This document shows positions 56,742 to 64,000 of a DNA stretch of 64,000 nucleotides, piece after piece (position 1 is the first letter of the stretch; each line of letters opens with the position of its first letter). Origin of the DNA: Chloroflexota bacterium. GTDB taxonomy: Bacteria; Chloroflexota; UBA6077; FW602-bin22. Below the pieces are notes generated by a model that had not been told where the DNA came from, made no database searches, and worked only from the letters and a program-made list of their open reading frames with translations. The translations under genes were made by a program, and so were the position numbers. The DNA lies in the NCBI GenBank assembly GCA_035651675.1, contig DASRFH010000111.1, positions 9,605 to 73,604 of the forward strand. The letters run 5' to 3'.

Positions 56742-57044
56742 TTAGCGCGTCGGCGAGGGGTTCGGGTACGGCCCGCCGGGGATGGGCGCGCGCGTCGCCG
56801 GCGGTGTCGGCGCCGGGTACGGGTTCTCGCCGGAGCTTGTCGGGGTCGGCAGCGGCGTGCCGCCGAGTCCGAGGGCGGCCGGGCCGGGTGGTACGGCGCC
56901 GCCGCCCGGCGGGGCGCCGACCGGCTTCTGCGGCACCGCCGGCGTTGGAGTCGGCACGCCCGGGACGCATCCACCCAGGGCGAGCGCGAAAGCGGCGGCG
57001 AAGAGCAGGCGGGCGCACGATCGCCCACGGAGTGGCGTACTCAA
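56742..57044 (-). CDS. Pro-rich small lipoprotein
   Basis: The TTG start at 57044 overlaps the stop of the upstream MBL gene (TTGA). The signal plus lipobox is RSCARLLFAAAFALALGGC. The mature part is Pro/Gly/Thr-rich. Confidence 0.5.
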   Translation of the reverse strand: MSTPLRGRSCARLLFAAAFALALGGCVPGVPTPTPAVPQKPVGAPPGGGAVPPGPAALGLGGTPLPTPTSSGENPYPAPTPPATRAPIPGGPYPNPSPTR

Positions 57045-57814
57045 AGGACGAGGCGAAGCCCTTCGGAGGTGCACTCCACCGACGCCCGCAAGCGACGTGC
57101 CATCGCGGCGAGCTCGTCGGCGACCGGTGCTTGGTTTTGCTGGTTCACGTGGCAGATTAGGATACGCGGAAGGTAGCCCTTGGCGTCGCGGAATGCACGC
57201 AGCTCGGCCTCGACCAGGTCGGGGGTCAGGTGGCCGTATCTGGCTGCCTCGGCCTCGGCGTTCGGGTAGGTCACCTCAGTCACCAGCACGTCCGGGTGGA
57301 CGCGCGGCCAGATGTCGCGGATCCCGGGGCCGGTGTCGCCGGTGTAGAGCAGTCGCTTGCCGTTTGCCCCGGTGACCTCGTAGGCGACGACCGGGACGGT
57401 GTGGCGATGGTGGTCGATCGGCATGAACTGGCACGCGCCGGCCGTGAACGGCTCCCCGGACGTGACCGGCCGGTAGAGGAACGTGGGGCGGCTGGGCGAA
57501 GGGACGGCGAAGAAGTCGAGCCAGATCGCCGGGTTCAGGAGCGTCTGGCGCAGGAGGTCGTGGACCACCGGGCTGCAGTGGACCTCGACCTGCCGGCCGG
57601 CTTGCAGGAGGCGGAGGCCGAGGAAGCCGAGGTCGCGGATGTGGTCGTAGTGCTGGTGGGTGATGACGACGTGCTCGATCCCGAGCTGCTCGTCGATGCC
57701 GAGCGCGGCGGTCAGGCCGCCCGCGTCGAGCGCGACGCAGCCGTCGATCAGGAACGAGGTGGGCCGGCCCTCGGCCGAATCGACCTGGTGGCCGCCCAGG
57801 ACACGGAACTCCAA
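57041..57814 (-). CDS. MBL-fold metallo-hydrolase (class-II cyclic-nucleotide phosphodiesterase-like)
   Basis: HVVITHQHYDHIRDLGF (HxHxDH), followed by YTGDTG and ICHVN motifs. Confidence 0.85.
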   Translation of the reverse strand: MEFRVLGGHQVDSAEGRPTSFLIDGCVALDAGGLTAALGIDEQLGIEHVVITHQHYDHIRDLGFLGLRLLQAGRQVEVHCSPVVHDLLRQTLLNPAIWLDFFAVPSPSRPTFLYRPVTSGEPFTAGACQFMPIDHHRHTVPVVAYEVTGANGKRLLYTGDTGPGIRDIWPRVHPDVLVTEVTYPNAEAEAARYGHLTPDLVEAELRAFRDAKGYLPRILICHVNQQNQAPVADELAAMARRLRASVECTSEGLRLVL

Positions 57815-57890
57815 GCTACGCCGCCTCGCCCCTTCTCTGGACGCGCAATCGGCGCATTCTACAGTGCACCCTCACCGGTCGCCATCGCGC

Positions 57891-58181
57891 TCAGGCGTCG
57901 ATCAGCTCGGTCTCGACCTCGAGCAGCTCGACGTCGAGCCGCGTCCCTTCGGCGAACCGGACGACGCGGTCGAGGACGGCGTCGGCGTGGCCCCGGTCGT
58001 TCGCGACGCAAGCGACGCCGATCTCGGCGATCTGCCACAGGTCGTTGGAGCCGACCTCGGCGGCGGCGACGTGGAGCTCGTTCTGGAGCCGGGCGCACAG
58101 CGACTTGACGACGCCCCGCTTGCCCTTGAGCGAGGCGTTCTCGGGGAGGCGGAGGCGGAGCCGGACGATGCCGACGATCAC
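57891..58181 (-). CDS. DUF503-family protein
   Basis: 96 aa with a GTG start overlapping the upstream stop (GTGA). VIVGIVRLRLRLPENASLKGKRGVVKSLCARLQNELHVAAAEVGSNDLWQIAEIGVACVAN matches my recollection of the DUF503/YlxP-like fold family. Confidence 0.7.
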   Translation of the reverse strand: MIVGIVRLRLRLPENASLKGKRGVVKSLCARLQNELHVAAAEVGSNDLWQIAEIGVACVANDRGHADAVLDRVVRFAEGTRLDVELLEVETELIDA

Positions 58182-58999
58182 GCCGGCGCCTCGACCGCCG
58201 CGGCGGCCTGGCCCGCGCCGCCCAGCAACACCACCGCGACGCCGACGAGCGTGATCGCGGCGCCGATCGCCGCCGCCGTGCTCGGAACCTCGCCGAGCAG
58301 CAGCCAGCCGAGCAGGATGCCCCCCGTCACTTCTTGCGTCGCGATCAGGTTGACGTACGTGGCGTGTACCCGGCGGAGGCTGGCGTTGTAGAGCGTGTGT
58401 CCGATGCCGAGCGGGAAAACGCCGAGCGCGGCGATGGCGGCGGTGGGGCCGAGGCCCCGCCAACCGTGCGTGGCGAGCAGCGCGGGCGGCAGGAGCCAGA
58501 GCGCGGCCCCGCCGTAGACGGCGCCGGCGTACCTGAGGAGCGGCTGTCGGTCGCGCTCGCGCCGGCCGGCGACCGAGTAGAGGCCGAAGCAGACGGCCGA
58601 GCCGACCGCCAGCAGGTCGCCGAGCGCCATCCGCGCGTCCAGCCGCGGCTCCATACCGGCCAAAACGGCGACGCCGAGCACGACGATCGGGATCCCCACG
58701 TAGCGCCGCGGGTCGATCGGCTCGCGCAGCAGCGCGGCGGCGAACAGCGTCACGAACACCGGCGCCGTGTAGACGAGCGCCAGCGAGTGCGCGATCGACG
58801 TGTAGTCGAGCGACCACACGTACAAGAAGAAGTGCAGTGCCGTGATCAGTCCGTAGAGCGCGAGGCGGCCGAGCTCCTCGCGGCGGTAGTCGAGGCGGAC
58901 ACCGGTGGCCCTCGCGAGCGCCAGGACGCACAGCGACGCGACCGCCATCCGGCCGAACGTGATCTCGAAGGCGGAGTACGGCGCGGCGAGCCGCGTCAA
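58178..58999 (-). CDS. EamA/DMT-family transporter
   Basis: 273 aa with multiple TM segments in a duplicated EamA-like pattern (LYGLITALHFFLYVWSLDYTSIAHS..., ...NLIATQEVTGGILLGWLLLGE). The true start may lie further upstream. Confidence 0.78.
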   Translation of the reverse strand: MTRLAAPYSAFEITFGRMAVASLCVLALARATGVRLDYRREELGRLALYGLITALHFFLYVWSLDYTSIAHSLALVYTAPVFVTLFAAALLREPIDPRRYVGIPIVVLGVAVLAGMEPRLDARMALGDLLAVGSAVCFGLYSVAGRRERDRQPLLRYAGAVYGGAALWLLPPALLATHGWRGLGPTAAIAALGVFPLGIGHTLYNASLRRVHATYVNLIATQEVTGGILLGWLLLGEVPSTAAAIGAAITLVGVAVVLLGGAGQAAAAVEAPA

Positions 59000-59075
59000 C
59001 GCGGGGCTGGTCGAAAAGAAGAGGACGCCCGCGCCGACGTAGGCGAGGCCGCGGTAGCGGCTCAGCGGACCGGCG

Positions 59076-59633
59076 TTAGCTGCTGGGACGGCGCGAGACC
59101 GCCACCTGCGCCGGGCGGACCACCTTCTTGCCGCTCCTGTAGCCGGGCCGGATCACCTGGGTGACGGTGTTGTCCTCGTGCTCGTCCGACTCCTCGGTCA
59201 GGACCGCCTCGTGCTCCCACGGGTCGAATGGCTTGCCCTGCGCCTCGATGCGCTCGAGGCCGGCGCGCTCGACGACCGCGCGCAGGTTCCGCTCGATCAG
59301 CAAGATACCCTGCACCCAGCCGAGCTGGCGGTGGTCCTCCGGGATGGCGGCGATGGCGCGCTCGAAGTCGTCGAGGATCGGCAGCAGTGAGGTGACCGCG
59401 TCGATCTTCGCCGCCGCGCGGATCTCGTCGCGCTCCTGGTCGACGCGGCGCCGGTAGTTGACGAGGTCGGCCTGGGCCCGCTGCGCGAGCCGCAGGTACT
59501 CCTCCGCCTTCGCGGCGACGTCCTCGGTCGTTTCGGCGGTCGCTGGCTCTGCGCCGGCGCCGTCGGAAGGTTGCTCTTTGACTCCGTCGGCGGGCTGTGG
59601 ATCCGACACGCCGACGTTCTTCTCCTCGCTCAT
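59076..59633 (-). CDS. grpE: Nucleotide exchange factor GrpE
   Basis: The coiled-coil region YLRLAQRAQADLVNYRRRVDQE is followed by LLPILDDFERA and the C-terminal beta-domain VIRPGYRSGKKVVRPAQVAV. Confidence 0.92.
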   Translation of the reverse strand: MSEEKNVGVSDPQPADGVKEQPSDGAGAEPATAETTEDVAAKAEEYLRLAQRAQADLVNYRRRVDQERDEIRAAAKIDAVTSLLPILDDFERAIAAIPEDHRQLGWVQGILLIERNLRAVVERAGLERIEAQGKPFDPWEHEAVLTEESDEHEDNTVTQVIRPGYRSGKKVVRPAQVAVSRRPSS

Positions 59634-59681
59634 ACGTTTCGAATTCTAGGAAGGGCGGCGGCGTGTGTCATCCTTGCCGGC

Positions 59682-60734
59682 GTGCGGCCGCCGGTCAGCG
59701 TCGTCGTGGTGAGCTGGAACGGGCGGCCGCTGCTCGAACGGCTGCTCCCGGCGCTGGCGGCGCAGACCTTCCGGGACTTCGAGCTGGTCGCCGTCGACAA
59801 CGGGTCGACGGATGGATCGGCCGAGCTGGTCGAGCGACTGTGGCCCGAGGCGCGAGTGCTGCGGGCCGGCGTGAACCTCGGCTTCGCGCGCGGCAGCAAC
59901 GTCGGGATCGGGCTAGCGCGGGGGCAGCTCCTCGCGCTGCTGAACAACGACTGCCTGCCCGAGCCCGCCTGGCTCGAGCGCGCGGTCGCGGCGGCCGACG
60001 CGAGCGGCGCGGGGATGGTCGCGACGCGGCAGCTCCGCGCCGAAGACCCGCGGACGATCGATTCGGCTGGGGTCGCGCTCGACCGCGCGGCGATCGCCTG
60101 GGACCGCGGCGGGGGGTGCGACGCTGGGACGCCGGAGGCGGCGCTGCCGCCGCTGTTCGGGCCGAGTGGGGGCGCCGCGCTCTACCGCCGCGACCTGCTC
60201 GAGGACGTCGGCACGTTCGACGCCGAGCTCGGGATGTATTACGAGGACGTCGATCTGGCCTGGCGGGCGCGGCTGCGCGGCTGGGGATGCGCGGCCGCGC
60301 CGGGGGCGTTGGCGCTCCACCTCGGCTCGGCCAGCGGCGGCCGGAACAGCCCACGCAAGCGGTTCCTGCTGGCGCGCAACAAGCTCTGGGTGGCGGCGAA
60401 GTGCTACCCGAGCGAGGCGCTGCGGCGGTACCTCGCCGCGATGGTGCTCTACGACGCGGCCGCGGCCGTCGCGTACGCGACCGCGTCTCCTCCGCGCGCG
60501 GTCGGCCCGGAGGCGCGCCGCGCCGCTCTCGCGGGGCGCCTCGCCGGCCTGCGCGGCCTACCGCGGCAGCTCGCCAAGCGCCGGGCGATCCAGGCCCGGC
60601 GCACGGCCTCGGCCGACGACGTGCTCCGTGCCATGGCGTCACTCGAGCCGCCCTGGCGCGCAGGGCGCCGCTTCGCGCACCTGCCCGAAGCCGTGTCCTC
60701 GCTCGCCGGGAGAGATTGGCCGTGGGCCAGGTGA
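59682..60734 (+). CDS. Glycosyltransferase family 2
   Basis: VSVVVVSWNGRPLLERLLPALAAQTFRDFELVAVDNGSTDGS ... NLGFARGSNVGI ... LLNNDCLPEP is the GT-A DxD-type pattern. The start is set to GTG 59682 to clear the divergent grpE. Confidence 0.85.
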   Translation: MRPPVSVVVVSWNGRPLLERLLPALAAQTFRDFELVAVDNGSTDGSAELVERLWPEARVLRAGVNLGFARGSNVGIGLARGQLLALLNNDCLPEPAWLERAVAAADASGAGMVATRQLRAEDPRTIDSAGVALDRAAIAWDRGGGCDAGTPEAALPPLFGPSGGAALYRRDLLEDVGTFDAELGMYYEDVDLAWRARLRGWGCAAAPGALALHLGSASGGRNSPRKRFLLARNKLWVAAKCYPSEALRRYLAAMVLYDAAAAVAYATASPPRAVGPEARRAALAGRLAGLRGLPRQLAKRRAIQARRTASADDVLRAMASLEPPWRAGRRFAHLPEAVSSLAGRDWPWAR

Positions 60735-60746
60735 GGGCGCGGCTCC

Positions 60747-62471
60747 TCAGGCCCTCGCCCGCAGCCACGAGAGGAGCTGGTCGAGCGGCTTCGCGTTCAA
60801 GACGTGCTCCGGGCCGAGCCACGCTCGTCTGGCGCTGTGGACGCCGTAGCGGAGCAGGCCGAAGTTGTCGGCGTGGTGGGCGTCGGTGTTGATCGGCACG
60901 AGGACGCCGAGGCCGCGGGCGAGCCGGGCGTGCTGCCAGTCCACGTCGAGGCGCGCGGGGTTCGCGTTGATCTCGACGGCACAGCCGCTCTCGGCCGCCG
61001 CGCGGAGCACCGCGTCTAGGTCGACCTCGTACGGGTCGCGGCGGCCGATCACGCGGCCGGACGCGTGGCCCAGGACGTCGACGTGGGGGTTGCGGACGGC
61101 GCTGATGATGCGCTGGGTCATCGCGGCGCGGTCCTGGCGGAAGCCCGAGTGGACCGACGCGACGACCACGTCGAACTGCGCGAGCAGGTCGTCAGGGAAG
61201 TCGAGCGAGCCGTCCGGGAGGATCTCGAGCTCGACGCCCTTCAGCAGGTACGGCCTGCGCCCGCCCGCGTTCCACGCGTCGATCGCCGCCCACTGCTCGC
61301 GTGCCTTCTCGGGCGTGAGGCCGCGGACCATGGCCAACGACTGCGAGTGGTCGGTGATGGCCAGGTACTCGAGGCCGCGGGCGGCCGCCGCGTTGGCCAT
61401 CGCCTCGAGCGACTCGCCGCCGTCGCTCCAGTCGGTGTGCGCGTGGAGGTCACCGCGGATGTCCTCGACCTGGACGAGCCGCGGCAGCTCGCCGCGGGCG
61501 GCCGCCTCGATCTCGCCGAGGTCCTCGCGCAGCTCGGGTGGGATCCAGGCCAGACCGAGCGCGCGGTAGACGTCGTCTTCGGTGCGCGACGCGATCGGAC
61601 GGCCGGTCGCGACGTCGGCAAGCTCGTACTCGTTGAGGGTGAGCCCCTTGCGCTGGGCGAGTGTGCGGATCTTGACGTTGTGCGCCTTGGAGCCGGTGAA
61701 GTACTGGAGGGCCGCGCCGTAGCTCTCGGGCGGGACGACGCGCAGGTCCATCTGCACGTTCTGGTGGGTGAGGATCGATGCCTTGGTCGGGCCGCGGCCG
61801 ATCAGCTCCTTCACGATCGGCAGCGAGACGAAGCAGTCGAGCACGGCGTGGGGCTCGGTCGTGGTGCAGACGAAGTCGACGTCGCCGATGGTGTCGCACC
61901 AGCGGCGGAGCGAGCCGGCGGGCTGGAGGTCGACGGCGGATGGGCAGCGGGCCTGCACCTGGCGGACGACGTCCTCGGCGATCGGGCGGGCCTGGCCGAT
62001 CGGCGTGCGGCGGTTTCGCTCCTGCCAGCGGTCGATCTCGGCGATGAGCCGCTGCTCGGTCTTCTCGCCCATCCCTGGCAGGTCGCGCACGCGGCCCGCG
62101 GCGAGGGCGGCACGCAGGTCGTCCATCGATGCCACGCCGAGCTCGGCGTGGAGCAGCTTGATCTTCTTGGGCCCGAGGCCCGGGATTGCGAGGAGGTCGG
62201 CGAGCGTCTCGGGGACCTCGCGCTTCAGCCGCTCGTAGTATTCCAGCTTGCCGGTCTTCAGCAGCTCCTCGATCTTGGAAGCGATCGCCGGGCCGACGCC
62301 GTGGATCTCGGTGAGCCGGCCCTCCGCCGCGACCTGGTTGACGTCCTCGTTCAGCGCCTCGAGCTGGCGGGCGGCCTCGCGGTAGGCGAGCACGCGGTAG
62401 ATCGCCTCGCCCTTGATTTCGAGCATATCGCCGATGCGCTGGAAGACGGCGGCGAGCTCGTAATTGTTCAC
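60747..62471 (-). CDS. polX: DNA polymerase X family with C-terminal PHP phosphoesterase domain
   Basis: HhH motifs (IHGVGPAIASKIEELLKTG, IPGLGPKKIKLLH), the nucleotidyltransferase motif GSLRRWCDTIGDVDFV, and PHP motifs DLHAHTDWSDG and AITDHS. The GTG start at 62471 gives a typical ~574 aa. Confidence 0.88.
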   Translation of the reverse strand: MNNYELAAVFQRIGDMLEIKGEAIYRVLAYREAARQLEALNEDVNQVAAEGRLTEIHGVGPAIASKIEELLKTGKLEYYERLKREVPETLADLLAIPGLGPKKIKLLHAELGVASMDDLRAALAAGRVRDLPGMGEKTEQRLIAEIDRWQERNRRTPIGQARPIAEDVVRQVQARCPSAVDLQPAGSLRRWCDTIGDVDFVCTTTEPHAVLDCFVSLPIVKELIGRGPTKASILTHQNVQMDLRVVPPESYGAALQYFTGSKAHNVKIRTLAQRKGLTLNEYELADVATGRPIASRTEDDVYRALGLAWIPPELREDLGEIEAAARGELPRLVQVEDIRGDLHAHTDWSDGGESLEAMANAAAARGLEYLAITDHSQSLAMVRGLTPEKAREQWAAIDAWNAGGRRPYLLKGVELEILPDGSLDFPDDLLAQFDVVVASVHSGFRQDRAAMTQRIISAVRNPHVDVLGHASGRVIGRRDPYEVDLDAVLRAAAESGCAVEINANPARLDVDWQHARLARGLGVLVPINTDAHHADNFGLLRYGVHSARRAWLGPEHVLNAKPLDQLLSWLRARA

Positions 62472-62555
62472 GCGCTCAATTGTACGGAGGCCGAAAGGCT
62501 GCTTTTCTTCACGCCTTTCTAACGCGTAGAATCTCGGCGGGACGCAGTCGGACGG

Positions 62556-63005
62556 ATGCCGCAGAAGTACGAGCGCGAGATCGAGGAGATCCTGAGTCGG
62601 TTCGACTCGGGGCAGGCGCCGAGTGGCCGCGTGCTGACGCCGCTGCCGCCGCTCGGCGGCGGTCGGCCCCGCGGGCGGCGCACGGGCTGGCGCCCGAACG
62701 TGCGGATCGTGGTCAACGCGTCGTCGCTGATGGTGGCGTCGCTCTCGCTCGCGGTGCTGAGCTACCCGCTGCAGTGGGTCTACCCACCGGCCGTTGCCGC
62801 CGCCGGTCTCGCGGCGGCGCTGATGCTCATCCTGGCCGTGCTGCTCTCGGTGTTCAAGTGGAACAGCGGTCGGCCGACGCGGAGCTGGCGCGGCCAGCCG
62901 ATCGACCTCGGCGGCGGCGGCGTGGGGTTCAGCCCCAGCTCGCTCTCCCGCCGCTGGCGCCGCTGGAAGGCGCACCGCCGCTTCCGCGACCCACGCTGGA
63001 ACTGA
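62556..63005 (+). CDS. Small membrane protein, unknown function
   Basis: 149 aa. It has a charged N-terminus MPQKYEREIEEILSRF, two TM segments (LMVASLSLAVLSY..., AAAGLAAALMLILAVLLSVF) and an Arg/Trp-rich tail. Confidence 0.5.
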   Translation: MPQKYEREIEEILSRFDSGQAPSGRVLTPLPPLGGGRPRGRRTGWRPNVRIVVNASSLMVASLSLAVLSYPLQWVYPPAVAAAGLAAALMLILAVLLSVFKWNSGRPTRSWRGQPIDLGGGGVGFSPSSLSRRWRRWKAHRRFRDPRWN

Positions 63006-63097
63006 GCCGGACCGGCCGCCCGTCCGCCGCCGCCGGGCGCCGGGGCGCGTTGACGCCCATTCTGGCCGTGCGGTACCCTTACTGACGTCACCGCCGC

Positions 63098-63171
63098 GGA
63101 GGCGTGGTGTAGCGGCCTAACATGCAGCCCTGTCAAGGCTGAGATCGCGGGTTCGAATCCCGTCGCTTCCG
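63098..63171 (+). tRNA. trnD: tRNA-Asp (anticodon GTC)
   Basis: GGAGGCG TG GTGT AGCGGCCTA ACAT G CAGCC CTGTCAA GGCTG AGATC GCGGG TTCGAAT CCCGT CGCTTCC G, folded by hand into a 74-nt cloverleaf. CCA is not encoded. Confidence 0.92.
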
Positions 63172-63779
63172 CTCTCTTGCGTGCCTGCCTGCACCGAGGC
63201 AGGCCGAGGGCCCCGGCGTCGCCGGGGCTTTCCTCGTTCCCGGCGTCGACTGTGCCTTGCGTGGTCGTCCGGCGTACGGGGGCTTGAACGGCCGCGCCGG
63301 TGACGGCGCGGCGTCAGACGGGCGGGGCGGTAGTCCTCTCCCCGGCGGCCGGCCGGCTTGTTGCGCAGCTTCACGTCGGCGTGCACGAGCGGGCAGCCCA
63401 GCGGGTCGGCCAGCGCCAGGTACCCGGCGTCGTGGTACGAGCAGCCGAACCGCTCGGCGAGGTCCCAGGTGGCGAGCGCGAGCGCCTCCTCGCGGACCTC
63501 GCCGATGGGCAGCCGCCGGAAGGCTTCCAAGCTTGCGCGCGCTTCGTCACGGCCGATCCGCCCCCGGCGGAACGCCTTGGGCAGCGCGCTTTCGACCTCG
63601 GCGGACAGGTGGGGCGGCCCGATCAGCAGGGTGCGTCCGCGGGCGTAGTCCTCGAAGAGCTGCTCGACGCGCGGCCGGTGCGGTTCGTCGGGGAGCGGCA
63701 GCGCCGACGCGACGACGACCGACGCGTCGGCGAGGTGGACGGCGGGCGCGGGGGCGCCCTCAGTCACACTCGTCGTCAT
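63117..63779 (-). CDS. vapC: PIN-domain toxin (VapC-like); 3' end anomalous (possible frameshift or read-through)
   Basis: PIN pattern HLADASVVVA ... FGCSYHDAGYLALA ... LVHADVKL within the first ~135 codons. The frame then continues Arg-rich with no stop until 63117. That extension passes through a hairpin and runs antisense over 55 nt of tRNA-Asp. Confidence 0.65.
   Translation of the reverse strand: MTTSVTEGAPAPAVHLADASVVVASALPLPDEPHRPRVEQLFEDYARGRTLLIGPPHLSAEVESALPKAFRRGRIGRDEARASLEAFRRLPIGEVREEALALATWDLAERFGCSYHDAGYLALADPLGCPLVHADVKLRNKPAGRRGEDYRPARLTPRRHRRGRSSPRTPDDHARHSRRRERGKPRRRRGPRPASVQAGTQESGSDGIRTRDLSLDRAAC
63210..63231 (+). terminator. Rho-independent-type terminator after tRNA-Asp
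   Basis: GCCCCGG-CGTCG-CCGGGGC followed by TTTCCTCGTT. A second hairpin, GCCTGCC-N8-GGCAGGC, lies at 63183-63204. Confidence 0.55.
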
Positions 63780-63954
63780 CCGCCAGCAGCGCCTCGAGCG
63801 TCAGGTCGATCGGCGCCATCGCCGCGCGCAGCCGCGTGATGTCCTCGATGGCCCGGCGCCGTTCAGGCAGCTCCCGCGCGGTCGGGGGCTTGGCGGCCAG
63901 CCGGCGGACCTCCTCGACGATCGCGGCTTCGTCGGACGACAACACCCTCGCCAT
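63760..63954 (-). CDS. Putative type II antitoxin partner of the PIN toxin
   Basis: 64 aa, acidic C-terminus (LLADDDECD), directly upstream of the PIN ORF and overlapping it by 20 nt. No specific antitoxin family recognised. Confidence 0.55.
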   Translation of the reverse strand: MARVLSSDEAAIVEEVRRLAAKPPTARELPERRRAIEDITRLRAAMAPIDLTLEALLADDDECD

Positions 63955-64000
63955 CTCGATCGGATTGTACGCCGTGGCGCCGCGCGTGCCGACCGCCTGC

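Noticed and set aside
59634-59660. TTCGAATTCTAGGAA overlapping palindromes upstream of grpE, reminiscent of nGAAn heat-shock-element units.
   Set aside because: HSE is a eukaryotic HSF site. It matches neither CIRCE nor HAIR. It is probably a chance AT-rich promoter sequence.

Overview
High-GC (about 70% by eye, not computed), densely coding bacterial chromosomal segment. About 60 genes are supportable, and most are housekeeping. They include a proteostasis block (lon-hspR-clpC, with grpE elsewhere), gyrA, secG, L25/Ctc, and the sigma factors rpoD (preceded by a DksA/TraR zinc-finger gene) and rpoN. A GlgE-pathway alpha-glucan cluster is present (debranching-like enzyme, GT4, glgE, fused treS-maltokinase). 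Also present are a sugar ABC importer, cell-wall enzymes (YkuD, NlpC/P60), DNA repair genes (radC, recN, PolX), msrB, tlyA, two tRNAs (Trp-CCA, Asp-GTC) and a VapBC-like pair. I saw no rRNA, CRISPR array, transposase or integrase. Many long ORFs in the supplied track are Arg/Pro/Ala-rich alternative-frame artefacts typical of high-GC DNA, and I ignored them. The best candidate for something undescribed is a two-gene module at 45.2-49.5 kb, on the 3' side of tRNA-Trp. It encodes two large Cys-containing proteins that I cannot place in any family. The first combines an N-terminal Cys cluster, an Ig-like beta-sandwich and a buried glycine-zipper hydrophobic hairpin. Secondary observations are listed below:
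- a GyrA with a roughly 74-residue stretch where E. coli has about 10 (net insertion roughly 65 residues) and a roughly 270-residue basic Ala/Pro/Lys tail
- a composite repeat element between convergent genes at 19.6-19.8 kb
- a degenerate receiver next to a SARP/STAND regulator
- two small Cys-rich ORFs missed by the 60-aa track
- an SD-sequestering hairpin in front of a 56-aa basic protein
- a PIN-toxin ORF that reads through a hairpin and runs antisense into tRNA-Asp
All functional calls rest on motif recognition by eye. No database search was run.
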